DNA from: Sulfuritalea sp. | GTDB lineage: Bacteria; Pseudomonadota; Gammaproteobacteria; Burkholderiales; Rhodocyclaceae | Reading direction: 5' to 3' | NCBI GenBank assembly: GCA_016710465.1 | Contig: JADJVS010000001.1 | Span: forward strand, 15,255-79,254 | DNA length: 64,000 bases | In this document: one piece after another, positions 1-9,037 of the stretch | Numbering within the stretch: position 1 is the first letter of the stretch | Layout: the number at the start of each line of letters is the position of its first letter | The notes under the pieces: generated by a model | Told to the model about the DNA's origin: nothing | The model's input: the letters and a program-made list of their open reading frames with translations, nothing else | Databases searched by the model: none | Position numbers and translations under genes: made by a program

Positions 1-185
1 AATCCGACGATTTGCGTTTAAGCAAGCAAGTCTTTGATTTGTGTAACACATAATCAAATGGGCATTGAGGTTTCCGGGTTGCGTTTATATAAACAGCCCT
101 CTTTGAAAATGAGTGCTTGAAAAAACCGCGGTTCAAACCGATAATCCGTCCCATAGTTTTCGGATTGGGGATTCCCGGTCGGTAG

Positions 186-223
186 CAGGCCTCGGTGGAA
201 GCACCGGGGCCTGTTGCTTTTGG
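186..223 (+). terminator. GC-rich hairpin plus T-rich tail (plus-strand orientation)
   Basis: CAGGCCTCGGTG / GAAG loop / CACCGGGGCCTG (11 of 12 pairs) followed by TTGCTTTTGG. It lies 13 nt beyond the stop of the last minus-strand R-M operon gene. Confidence 0.4.
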
Positions 224-235
224 CGAGCCGATTCT

Positions 236-979
236 TCACGGGAAACACTTGAGCCCCCATCCGTTCGGCTTCCTGGCCTCGCTCGCATAGAACTTGGGCC
301 GCAGCACGTCAAAGGCCCGGTTCTGCTGGTCTGGCCGCAAAACGCTCATGCCGACTGGGCGCGCCACCAAGTCCGCCAACTGCAAGCCCGCCGAATTGCT
401 CTTCTTGTCGACGAAGGCGATATCGAAGGGAAGCTGTTCCTTCCTGTAATTGCCGCCATCGCATACCCGCCGGAACTCCAATTCCAGTTCGGCGTCCTCA
501 CGCTTGCCGCGCTTCTCGACCATGACGTGGGTTCGTGCGGCAACCGTGCCCTTGTCGCGCAGGAAGTAGAAGACACGTTCCAGACCAAAGCCAAGCGCGA
601 TGTGATATGGATTGTCGGGCGCAACATAGCGCGAACGCAGGTGATCCTTGCGAATGACCGAACAGATCAGCGTGAACGGTGTGGCGGCGACGATATCGGT
701 CAGTTCGCCGAGGAACGCTTCCTTCTTTTCACGCGTCTTCAAGAACGCAAAGTCTCCCTGGTCCTTGCGTATCTCGCGCTCATGGAGAATCACGTCGTCG
801 TGCCCGAAGTGCCGCATCTTGAAGCGCTGGATCGCCGGCGAAAGCTGGGTGACGTAGTCCTCCTTGCGGACGACGCACAACGCCAGGACGAATATCGGGT
901 AGCCCGCATCGATCACATCCAGGCCATGGTCGCCGCTCTCGTCGACGAAGACCAGGTAGTCGCTGAAAGCGGCGGTCAT
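236..979 (-). CDS. DUF3800-like protein of unknown function (247 aa)
   Basis: N-terminus 'YLVFVDESGDHG' is typical of DUF3800. Start taken at the internal ATG (MTAAFSDY), which overlaps the hsdS TGA (ATGA at 976-979). Confidence 0.6.
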   Translation of the reverse strand: MTAAFSDYLVFVDESGDHGLDVIDAGYPIFVLALCVVRKEDYVTQLSPAIQRFKMRHFGHDDVILHEREIRKDQGDFAFLKTREKKEAFLGELTDIVAATPFTLICSVIRKDHLRSRYVAPDNPYHIALGFGLERVFYFLRDKGTVAARTHVMVEKRGKREDAELELEFRRVCDGGNYRKEQLPFDIAFVDKKSNSAGLQLADLVARPVGMSVLRPDQQNRAFDVLRPKFYASEARKPNGWGLKCFP

Positions 980-2292
980 GCGACGGCCTCCAGTTCTGGA
1001 ATCGACAGATCGCCGCAAAGCAATCGTGGAAGAAGTGTGTCACGCATGGCAGTCAGTTCATTTTCTTCGAGTCGGCAACTGACTAGCTTTGAAATCAGCG
1101 GGCCAATGATCGGCTCCATTGAAGACATCAATTTCTCGTCGGGGCAGAGCACCTTGGCATCCGTCAGGTGTTTGCGCTGGATGTGTCCCATCGTCGTTGC
1201 CTTGTTGGCGGCAATGTCCCGAAATTCTTGCAGGTGGTGGCGTGTCCAAAGGAAATAGAACCACTTTGGATAGTCGGCCGAGGTGACCTTGAATAGGTGC
1301 TGATTTAGCGCACCCTGACCACCACACCAAATTTCGACCTCCAGACTCCCGGACCAAGAGAACAAGACGTCGCCATTCTCGACGACATACGCTGGCGGGA
1401 TCTCGGTATTTGCCCGATCCGCACTAAGGGTATGCCCTGCGCGCAGCTGCGCGATCTTGATGACGGGCAGCCATTCATCTCCGGTCGCCGGGTACTTCTG
1501 TAGTGCCAAACCGTTGAGGAAGTCCGCGATGCTATCCAGGCAGCGGACGGTCCACCCCGCCGGAATTTCCCCAATCTCGGAATCCTGGAAACTGTCGGGG
1601 AACAGCGCGAGAACGTCCGGCGTCAGGCCAAGACGGCGGCAGATGGATTCAGGGGGCTCGCCGCTGGCCTTGGCACGGACGGGATCGAAGTCGACGAACC
1701 AGGAGTTGAAGATCGCCCGCGCCATCGCCTCCAGGGTTTCGTTCATGCGTCGGTTCAGTTCGATCTTGTCGTCGAGCGTACCGAGGATGTGGGCGATGGC
1801 ACGTTGTTCTCCGACACTTGGAAAGGGCAGCCGGAATTGTTTGATCTGCGCGGCACTAAGGTTTTGCTGCGCTGCCCCCGTCGAAAGCGACTTGATTTGA
1901 GATCGCTGGGAAAGCAATAGGTAGTAGAGATAGCGGAAGTGCGATTTCGATTCATCAGCAATCAGCGCGCAAGAAGCCTGATTACAAGTCATTGGACGCC
2001 TAGTAATACCAAGCTGACCAACGGTGGCGCCATACATGGCCAACAGTACCGTATTGGGGGGGAGAACTTTCGCTGATGACTCTTTAATCGCTTCGTCAGT
2101 AATGTGCTCTTCGGTATCGTCGATCCAGCAATCATTTAATTCTTGAGTCTTAACCCAAGGCCAAGAACCCTCTTCAAAGTAGGCGGATGTCTTTCGGCTA
2201 GGCGTGCCACCACTGGTGATCCGCTGGCACACATCGGCAATTGACTGTACTTGCCACTCATCAGGCGCTTGACGACAAATCTCAAACTCCAT
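976..2292 (-). CDS. hsdS: Type I restriction-modification specificity subunit HsdS
   Basis: Two target-recognition halves, each followed by a conserved helix ('FPSVGEQRAIAHILGTLDDKIELNRRMNETLE', 'LVSCRLEENELTAMRDTLLPRLL'). Lies in an operon with hsdM. Confidence 0.85.
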   Translation of the reverse strand: MEFEICRQAPDEWQVQSIADVCQRITSGGTPSRKTSAYFEEGSWPWVKTQELNDCWIDDTEEHITDEAIKESSAKVLPPNTVLLAMYGATVGQLGITRRPMTCNQASCALIADESKSHFRYLYYLLLSQRSQIKSLSTGAAQQNLSAAQIKQFRLPFPSVGEQRAIAHILGTLDDKIELNRRMNETLEAMARAIFNSWFVDFDPVRAKASGEPPESICRRLGLTPDVLALFPDSFQDSEIGEIPAGWTVRCLDSIADFLNGLALQKYPATGDEWLPVIKIAQLRAGHTLSADRANTEIPPAYVVENGDVLFSWSGSLEVEIWCGGQGALNQHLFKVTSADYPKWFYFLWTRHHLQEFRDIAANKATTMGHIQRKHLTDAKVLCPDEKLMSSMEPIIGPLISKLVSCRLEENELTAMRDTLLPRLLCGDLSIPELEAVA

Positions 2293-3412
2293 CCCCGCCC
2301 CCCAACTCCTCCACCGCCTTATGCAGGAAGGCCGCGATCTCCTCCTTGCCCGGCAGTTGCACCTGGTAGCGCGAGACGAACAGGGTGTTGCTCATGCCGG
2401 CCAGGGCGTACTCGACCAGTTCCTCGTTCTTGCGCGTGCATAACAGGATACCGACGGGCGGCTGGTCGCCTTCGGCCATTTCGTTCTTGGCGTAGTAACC
2501 GACATAGCTGTTGAGCTGGCCCAGGTGTTCGTGCATGAATGCGTCGTTCTTCAGCTCGATCAGCACATGGCATTTGAGGATGCGGTGGTAGAAGACCAGG
2601 TCGACGAAGAAGTGTTCGCCGCCGATCAGCAAACGCTTTTGCCGGGCCTCGAAGCAGAAGCCGTGGCCGAGTTCGAGCAGGAAGTCTTGCAACTTGTCAA
2701 GCAGGGCATCTTCCAGGTGACTCTCGCCCATCACCTCCTGCGGCTTGAGGCCGAGGAATTCGAATACGTAGGGATCGCGGATCACCTGGCGGCTGGTGGC
2801 GGGCTCGGCGCCGGCGTGGGCGAGCTTGGCCAGGGCTTCCTTGTCGGTGGAGAGACCGCTGCGCTGGAAATACTGGCTGGCGATCTGGCGCTTGAGTTCG
2901 CGCACCGACCAGTTGCCGCGCAGGGCTTCGACTTCGTAGAAGCGGCGCTGGAGCGGGTCTTGCATCTCCACCAGTTGCTCGAAGTGGCTGTAGGAAAGGC
3001 GGCCGATGAGGGTTTCCGGGTCTGGCGTGGGAGCGGTCGGCGATTGTGCGGACAGTGTCCGCACTTTTTCTTCCAGCAACGGGCGGGATACCACTTGGGC
3101 AGATAGTGCGGACGCTGTCCGCACTATCTGGGGATAGGCGCGGTAGAAGGCCAGGTAGCCGTAGAGCTGGCGCCGGCCGCTGTTGCTGACGGACTGGTCG
3201 CGCAGGGCCTTGGATAGTTCGGGCAGCAGTTTGTCGCCGTAGGTGGCGCGGTCGGCGCCTTGCAGTTCGAATTCCGCGATGTAGTAGCCGATAAACCAGT
3301 TGCGCAGGGTAAGGCTGACGTTGACGGCGCGGCTGGCCTGCTCGGCCAGGGCCGCATCCGCCTCCCGGATGGCGGTGACGAGGCCGGCGAAATCGAGGGC
3401 TTTGGAACTCAT
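2282..3412 (-). CDS. DUF1016 / YhcG-like PD-(D/E)xK nuclease-fold protein
   Basis: N-terminal 'VNVSLTLRNWFIGYYI' and C-terminal 'FFVDLVFYHRILKCHVLIELK' nuclease-like motif. Sits between hsdM and hsdS. ATG at 3412 preferred over the TTG at 3454. Confidence 0.7.
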   Translation of the reverse strand: MSSKALDFAGLVTAIREADAALAEQASRAVNVSLTLRNWFIGYYIAEFELQGADRATYGDKLLPELSKALRDQSVSNSGRRQLYGYLAFYRAYPQIVRTASALSAQVVSRPLLEEKVRTLSAQSPTAPTPDPETLIGRLSYSHFEQLVEMQDPLQRRFYEVEALRGNWSVRELKRQIASQYFQRSGLSTDKEALAKLAHAGAEPATSRQVIRDPYVFEFLGLKPQEVMGESHLEDALLDKLQDFLLELGHGFCFEARQKRLLIGGEHFFVDLVFYHRILKCHVLIELKNDAFMHEHLGQLNSYVGYYAKNEMAEGDQPPVGILLCTRKNEELVEYALAGMSNTLFVSRYQVQLPGKEEIAAFLHKAVEELGGGDGV

Positions 3413-3463
3413 GGCCGGAACCGCGTGGAGCTTGTGCAAGGGGTCATTGCACAAGTGCGGGCA

Positions 3464-5125
3464 TCAAAGCTCATAGCCCAGCCCAGACAGGTTCTTGCGG
3501 ATTTCGGCCTCCAGCCGGGCGCTGTCGGCGAACTGGTCGCGCAGCGTGGCGGTGAGCCGGGCCATCTTGTCTTCGAAGGCTTCGCCGTCCGCCACTTGCG
3601 CGGCGGCGCCGACGTAGCGGCCGGGGGTGAGGACGTAGTCGCTCTTGCGGATGTCGATGAGTTCGGCGGCCTTGCAGAAGCCGGGGATGTCTTGATATGC
3701 CACTGGATTCCCGCTTTCGCGGGAATGACGTGCGGACTTCCAGGCGTGGAAGGTATCGGCAACTTTGGCGATGTCCTCGGGTTTGAAGTCGCGCAGGACG
3801 CGGTCTTTCATGTAGCCGAGATTGCGGGCGTCGATGAACAGGGTTTCGCCACGGCGAGCGCGCACTCCATTGCGTTCGGCCTTGCTGCGGGTTAGGAACC
3901 AGATGCAGGCGGGTATCTGGGTATTGGTGAAAAGCTGACCCGGCAGGGCGACCATGCATTCGACCAGGTCGGCTTCGATCAGGGCCTTGCGGATTTCGCC
4001 TTCGTTGTTGGTATTGCTGCTCATCGAGCCATTGGCCAACAGCAGCGCCATGCTGCCGTGGGGCGCCAGGTGGTGGATCATGTGCTGCATCCAGGCGAAG
4101 TTGGCGTTATTGGGCGGCGGTACGCCGTACTTCCAGCGCACGTCGTCGTCCTTCACGCCTTCATTCCATTCCTTCATGTTGAAGGGCGGATTGGCCATGA
4201 TGAAGTCGGCGCGCAAATCCGGGTGCTGGGGCTTGTTGTAGGTGCTGGCCGGCTCCTTGCCGAAGTCGAAGTCCATGCCGCGGATGGCCATGTTCATCGA
4301 GGCCAGGCGCCAGGTGGTAGGGTTGGCTTCCTGGCCGTAGATGGAAAGCTGGCCGATGCGCCCACCGTGCTCCAGCACGAAGCGCTCGCTCTGCACGAAG
4401 AATCCGCCGGAGCCGCAGCAGGGGTCGTACACGCGACCTTGAAAGGGTTCAAGCATTTCGACGATCAGGCCGACGATGCTCTTGGGCGTGTAGAACTCGC
4501 CGCCGCGCTTGCCGGCGGCAATGGAAAACTCGCCGAGGAAGTATTCGTAGACGTGGCCGAGGATGTCCTTGGCGTGCAGGCTTTCGTGCTTGAAGGGCAC
4601 GGTGGCCAGCAGGTCGATCAGGCCGGGCAGCGCCGCGTCGATGCGCCAGCGGGCATAGCTCTTGTCGAGCACGTTCTTGAGCCTGGGGTTTTCCTTCTCG
4701 ACGGCTTCGAGGGCGTCGTCGAGCAGGCGGCCGATGCCGGTGAATTTGTATTCGAAGGTCTTGCCATTCCTGACTTCGAGCTTCGTGCCGATGGCGACCT
4801 TGGCGCTGGCCTTGAGGAAATCCCAGCGGGCCAGGGACGGCACCCAGAACACGTTCTTCTCGGTGTAGTAGTCGCGGGCTTCGAGTTCCTGCTCGATCAG
4901 CTCGGCGCCGTCTTCGCCGAGGTAGTAATCGTTGGCTGGATCGACGAAGGCGGCATTCAGTTCTTCGCGGCGTTCCTTGAAGGCGTCGGAGACGTACTTG
5001 AGGAAGACCAGGCCGAGGACGACGTGCATGTAGTCGCTCGGGTTGAGGTTGGCCCGCAGCTTGTCGGCGGCGGTCCACAGGCGCTTGTCGAGGTCGTTGA
5101 GGAATTGCTGTTCTTCGCTGTTCAT
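3464..5125 (-). CDS. hsdM: Type I restriction-modification DNA methyltransferase HsdM
   Basis: HsdM N-domain 'LWTAADKLRANL', AdoMet motif 'VYDPCCGSGGF', catalytic 'ANPPFNMKEW'. Confidence 0.92.
   Translation of the reverse strand: MNSEEQQFLNDLDKRLWTAADKLRANLNPSDYMHVVLGLVFLKYVSDAFKERREELNAAFVDPANDYYLGEDGAELIEQELEARDYYTEKNVFWVPSLARWDFLKASAKVAIGTKLEVRNGKTFEYKFTGIGRLLDDALEAVEKENPRLKNVLDKSYARWRIDAALPGLIDLLATVPFKHESLHAKDILGHVYEYFLGEFSIAAGKRGGEFYTPKSIVGLIVEMLEPFQGRVYDPCCGSGGFFVQSERFVLEHGGRIGQLSIYGQEANPTTWRLASMNMAIRGMDFDFGKEPASTYNKPQHPDLRADFIMANPPFNMKEWNEGVKDDDVRWKYGVPPPNNANFAWMQHMIHHLAPHGSMALLLANGSMSSNTNNEGEIRKALIEADLVECMVALPGQLFTNTQIPACIWFLTRSKAERNGVRARRGETLFIDARNLGYMKDRVLRDFKPEDIAKVADTFHAWKSARHSRESGNPVAYQDIPGFCKAAELIDIRKSDYVLTPGRYVGAAAQVADGEAFEDKMARLTATLRDQFADSARLEAEIRKNLSGLGYEL
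3707..3726. repeat. REP-like perfect palindrome inside hsdM (ATTCCCGC-TTTC-GCGGGAAT)
   Basis: 8-bp arms with a 4-nt loop. Translates as '...HSRESGNP...' in the hsdM frame and 'IPAFAGMT' on the other strand. Confidence 0.6.
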
Positions 5126-5283
5126 GGTGTGAGATTCGAATGAGAGGGCAAATCGCGACAGCGACGCCGTACCTTGTGGAATGCCGTTCGACTAGAGGCG
5201 AATCTTCGCATAGATTGAACGTCTGCGTGCCGTCGCGGCGGCGACTGACTTATCATCGGTGAACGTTTGGCCCAGGCACCTCC

Positions 5284-5640
5284 ATGCTCCCCGCCCTCAC
5301 TCTGCTCCTCACCTACCAACTGGTCGGTGAAGTCATCGCCCAGTTCTTCGCCCTGCCGGTGCCCGGGCCAGTGATCGGCATGGCGCTGCTGTTCGCCACG
5401 CTGGCGCTGCGCGGCGCGGTGTCGGAAGAGTTGCGCGGCACCGCCAACGGACTGCTGCAGCACCTGTCGCTGCTGTTCGTGCCGGCGGGCACCGGGGTGA
5501 TGCTGCATTTCGGCCGGCTGGCGGACGAGTGGCTGGCGCTGCTGGCCTCGCTGCTGGTGAGCACGGCGGTCACCATTGCCGTGAGCGCGCTGCTCATGCG
5601 GATGCTGATGCGACGTCGCGAGGCGGAGGACAAAGCATGA
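5284..5640 (+). CDS. CidA/LrgA family holin-like membrane protein
   Basis: 118 aa, four hydrophobic segments, 'LLLTYQLVGEVIAQFFALPVPGPVIGM'. Stop overlaps the next start (ATGA). Confidence 0.8.
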   Translation: MLPALTLLLTYQLVGEVIAQFFALPVPGPVIGMALLFATLALRGAVSEELRGTANGLLQHLSLLFVPAGTGVMLHFGRLADEWLALLASLLVSTAVTIAVSALLMRMLMRRREAEDKA

Positions 5641-6359
5641 CGCCGCGCCTGGGCGAAATCTGGGTTTATCTCTCGGCGTCGCCGCTGCTGGGCCTGAGCT
5701 TGACCCTGCTGGCCTACCAGGCGGCCTTCTGGCTGCACAAGCGCTGCAACGGCCACCCGGCCGCCAACCCGGTGCTGCTTTCGGTGCTGGCGCTGGTGGC
5801 GATCCTGTGGGCGACGGGCACGTCCTATGCCACGTATTTCGAGGGTGCGCAGTTCGTGCATTTCCTGCTCGGCCCGGCCACGGTGGCCCTCGCCATTCCG
5901 CTCTATGCCCAGTTCGCGCGTCTCAAGCGCCTTGCCCTGCCGCTGTTGGCAACGCTGGTGGCGGGCTCGATCACCGCGGCGCTGTCGGCGGTGGCGGTGG
6001 CGGCGGCCCTGGGCGGCAGCCGGGTGACGCAATTGTCATTGGCGCCGAAGTCGGTGACGACGCCGATCGCCATGGGCATTGCCGAGCGCGTCGGCGGCCT
6101 GCCCTCGCTCACTGCCGTGCTGGTGATCATGACCGGCATCCTCGGCGCCATCGGCGCGCGCTACGTGTATCGCCTGCTGGCGGTGAAGGACGAGGCGGTG
6201 CGCGGCTTTGCGTTGGGCCTGGCCTCGCACGGCATCGGCACGGCGCGCGCCTTCCAGGAAAGCGAACAGGCCGGCGCCTTCGCCGCGCTGGCGATGGGCC
6301 TCAACGGCCTGGCCACGGCGCTGCTGGTGCCTCTGTTGCTGCCGCTGCTGGCCGGCTGA
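5637..6359 (+). CDS. LrgB/CidB family membrane protein
   Basis: Polytopic membrane protein with 'SLAPKSVTTPIAMGIAE' typical of LrgB. Start taken at the internal ATG coupled to lrgA. Confidence 0.8.
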   Translation: MTPRLGEIWVYLSASPLLGLSLTLLAYQAAFWLHKRCNGHPAANPVLLSVLALVAILWATGTSYATYFEGAQFVHFLLGPATVALAIPLYAQFARLKRLALPLLATLVAGSITAALSAVAVAAALGGSRVTQLSLAPKSVTTPIAMGIAERVGGLPSLTAVLVIMTGILGAIGARYVYRLLAVKDEAVRGFALGLASHGIGTARAFQESEQAGAFAALAMGLNGLATALLVPLLLPLLAG

Positions 6360-6370
6360 GCCGCGCCGCC

Positions 6371-6793
6371 CTAAGCGCCGGCAAGCGGCCCGCTCTGCTC
6401 GCCCAGGCGAACCTTGAGTTCGCGCACCGTCAACGGCCGCAGCGCGGCGCGCCTTGCGATGCAATCCGGATTGCTCCGCCTGCCGCAGATCGCGCAGATG
6501 TTCAGCCCGTCGAAGAAATGGGTCAGGCGGTCGGAGCACCCTTGCAGGTGCACCGATCCGGCGCGCTCGCGGGCTTTCAGTATGACGCCGATGCCCCAGC
6601 GGGTGACGCTGGCGCAATCGCTCAGATCGATCACCAGCGCGTTATTGTTCCGCTTCGCGATATCGCAGGCGCTCCGAACCAGCTTCCAGTCGGCGTGACC
6701 CAGTTCGCCTTGCACAACGACCCTGGTTTCGGTCGGCGAAACCCGTAGTGTCGCTGCGGTTGCTGACGACGTTGCTTCTTCCAAAGCCTTCAT
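6371..6793 (-). CDS. STAS-domain (anti-sigma antagonist-like) protein with Cys-rich tail
   Basis: 'VVVQGELGHADWKLV...LVIDLSDCASVTRWGIGVIL...VHLQGCSDRLTHFFDGLN' resembles the SpoIIAA/STAS fold. AAGGAA sits upstream of the ATG at 6793. Confidence 0.45.
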   Translation of the reverse strand: MKALEEATSSATAATLRVSPTETRVVVQGELGHADWKLVRSACDIAKRNNNALVIDLSDCASVTRWGIGVILKARERAGSVHLQGCSDRLTHFFDGLNICAICGRRSNPDCIARRAALRPLTVRELKVRLGEQSGPLAGA

Positions 6794-7092
6794 TTCCTTG
6801 CCCCTTTGGCGCGCCGGGCAGACAGGGATCGCGGTCCCCGACGACCACCCACGGCATTCATGTAGCATGGTGTAGTGTGGGCCGTGTGGCATTTTTTTGC
6901 AATTGCACCAAGGATATAGCGCGAACGTACTAGGTCGCGCACCACCGTCGCCACGAGGACCCGACGACGCCAACGAAAACCCCGTGCCGACCGCGTTGAA
7001 ACGGGTGAGAATCAGGCGGCACCGCAAGGCCGCCGCACCGCGTTGATCCCACGGTTCAGGACGGCACCCCAGGCCAATCGAAAGGAATCCGC

Positions 7093-8088
7093 ATGCAAGC
7101 CTGTTACATCGAACGTTACGGCGACGCCGACGTGGTCAAGGTCGGCGTGTTGCCAGCGCCGACTCCCGGCCCCGGCGAGCTGGTGTTTCGCATGGAAGCG
7201 GCGAGCATCAACCCGGTGGATTTCAAAATCCGCGGCGGCATGCTGCGGGCGCTGCAGTCCTACCGCATGCCAGCGATCCTGGGCAACGACGCAGCCGGCG
7301 TGGTCACGGCGCTAGGCGCCGGAACGGCGGGCTTCAGCGTCGGCGACCGCGTCGCGGCGCGGCTGGACAAGGCGCGCATGGGCGGCTTTGCCGAGCGGGT
7401 GCTGGCGCGACCGGAACACCTGGCGCGGATACCCGAGGGCGTCGGATTTGCCGAGGCGGCGGCGGTGGCACTGGCCGGGCTGACGGCCTGGCAATGCCTG
7501 ACGGAGGTGCTGAAAGTCGGCCCCGGCGAGCGCGTGCTGATCCACGCCGGCGCCGGTGGCGTCGGCCATCTGGCGATCCAGTTGGCGAAGGAACTGGGCG
7601 CGCAGGTTACGACCACGGCGTCGGCTGCCAGCCACGACTGGCTGCGCGGCCTGGGCGCCGACGACTGCGTGGATTACCGCCAGGCCGACTTTACGCGCGA
7701 ATGCGCGCCCTTCGACGCCGTGCTCGACACCCTGGGCGGCGAGACGCTGCTGCGCTCGATCGCCCACACGCGGCGCGGCGGGCGCGTGGTCAGCGTCGGC
7801 GACCTGCCGACGCCGGAAGTCGCCCGCGAACTCGGCAAACCCTGGCTGGTGCCGGTGTTCTGGCTGCTTTCGCGCAAACCCCGTGCGCTGGCGCGCGCCC
7901 ACGGCGTGGCCTATCGCTACTGGTTCATGCGCGAGGACGGCGCGCAACTGGCACAACTGCTGGAACGGATCGGGCGCGGCGACCTTAAGGTGAAAATCGA
8001 GCAGGAGTTTCCGCTGGCGCGGGCGCCCGAGGCGCTGCGCCTTTCCGAAGTCGGCCGGGTGCACGGCAAGCTGGTGATTCGGCCCTGA
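7093..8088 (+). CDS. Zinc-type alcohol dehydrogenase / NADPH:quinone oxidoreductase family protein
   Basis: MDR-family layout with 'VLIHAGAGGVGHLAIQLAK' Rossmann motif. Confidence 0.8.
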   Translation: MQACYIERYGDADVVKVGVLPAPTPGPGELVFRMEAASINPVDFKIRGGMLRALQSYRMPAILGNDAAGVVTALGAGTAGFSVGDRVAARLDKARMGGFAERVLARPEHLARIPEGVGFAEAAAVALAGLTAWQCLTEVLKVGPGERVLIHAGAGGVGHLAIQLAKELGAQVTTTASAASHDWLRGLGADDCVDYRQADFTRECAPFDAVLDTLGGETLLRSIAHTRRGGRVVSVGDLPTPEVARELGKPWLVPVFWLLSRKPRALARAHGVAYRYWFMREDGAQLAQLLERIGRGDLKVKIEQEFPLARAPEALRLSEVGRVHGKLVIRP

Positions 8089-8104
8089 GCGGGGTACCGC
8101 CGAT

Positions 8105-8362
8105 TCAGTGATCCCTGCCGGTCAGCCGCCGCAGGTAGGCGGCGTGCTCCTCGGCCTCGCGCTGGCGGATTTCCTCGCGCGACTGACTCCATGGAAACAC
8201 CAGGAACATCAGCGGCAGCATCACCAGCAAAACCAGAAAGCCCGCTTCCAGGCCGCAACCGAGGCCAACCACGATGGGCGTGACGGCGACGCCGGTCATC
8301 ACGAAATCGACGATGTCGTCGGGTTTGGAATAACCGCAGGCGGCGAGGAATTTGGCGAGCAT
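8105..8362 (-). CDS. Small membrane protein, unknown function (85 aa)
   Basis: Two hydrophobic helices. GGGAGA precedes the ATG at 8362. Confidence 0.4.
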   Translation of the reverse strand: MLAKFLAACGYSKPDDIVDFVMTGVAVTPIVVGLGCGLEAGFLVLLVMLPLMFLVFPWSQSREEIRQREAEEHAAYLRRLTGRDH

Positions 8363-8479
8363 GGCAATCTCCCTGACGGGGTGGGCAGACTGACCGGCCA
8401 TCCCGGCGGCCGCCCTATTGACCGTGCTAACGGCACCCAAGCGGCCAGGCTTGAGCACTACTTCACGCTTGGCACCCAG

Positions 8480-8782
8480 TCAGTCGGCAAAGGCGTACTC
8501 GGCACTTTTCACGGCGCCGGCGACCAGGGTCACCTTGCAGGTGTGGCGGCCATAACTCTTCGGTTCGGCCAGCACCACCACGCCGGACTCGGGGACTGTG
8601 GCGCGGAACTTCCATTCCTCGATGAAGGCGCCAAGCTTCGCGGCACTCATGCCCGGTGTCACCTGGCGACATACGGACTTGATGCGATCCTCGCCGGTGG
8701 CGTTGAAATAGGTAAAGAAAATGGCGGCGAGAACGACGGGCGCACCGAACAGCAGGCCGAGGCCTTTGGCAAGTGGTGTCAT
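8480..8782 (-). CDS. Membrane-anchored small protein, unknown function (100 aa)
   Basis: N-terminal TM 'GLGLLFGAPVVLAAIFFTYF'. Start taken at the internal ATG. Confidence 0.35.
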   Translation of the reverse strand: MTPLAKGLGLLFGAPVVLAAIFFTYFNATGEDRIKSVCRQVTPGMSAAKLGAFIEEWKFRATVPESGVVVLAEPKSYGRHTCKVTLVAGAVKSAEYAFAD

Positions 8783-9037
8783 GGCGCTTGGGTGGAGAGG
8801 GATGCCGCATTCTGACCGAAACCGGCGCCCCCCGCCCGCCCGGCGCATATACAACCGACCGGTCGCGATTGACAGGCCGGGGCAAATCCCGATTCAGCCG
8901 GAAATTGCCCGGATGCCGGCCACTGGAAGGCGTTTCACCTTCCGTGCGGACGAGCTATCGGCGGGCTCATGCTAAGATGCCCTACGCCCATGCCGAGGGC
9001 AGACCGGCGGGCCGGGCAGGCCTGGAGAACGCGGAAA

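Noticed and set aside
1-185. AT-rich left edge with a GGTTCAAACC-like string that might be a tRNA fragment or island boundary
   Set aside because: I could not fold a T-arm or acceptor stem around it. There are no direct repeats or integrase, and too little sequence precedes the window edge.
113-1258. 381-aa plus-strand ORF overlapping the DUF3800 gene and hsdS
   Set aside because: It is antisense to two ORFs with clear family motifs. Its translation is Arg/Ala/Gly-rich with no recognisable domain. This is a typical shadow ORF of high-GC DNA.
6880-6910. Possible sigma-54 promoter (TGGTGCAATTGCA on the minus strand) upstream of the STAS gene
   Set aside because: The GG-to-GC spacing is two nucleotides shorter than the TGGCAC-N5-TTGC consensus.
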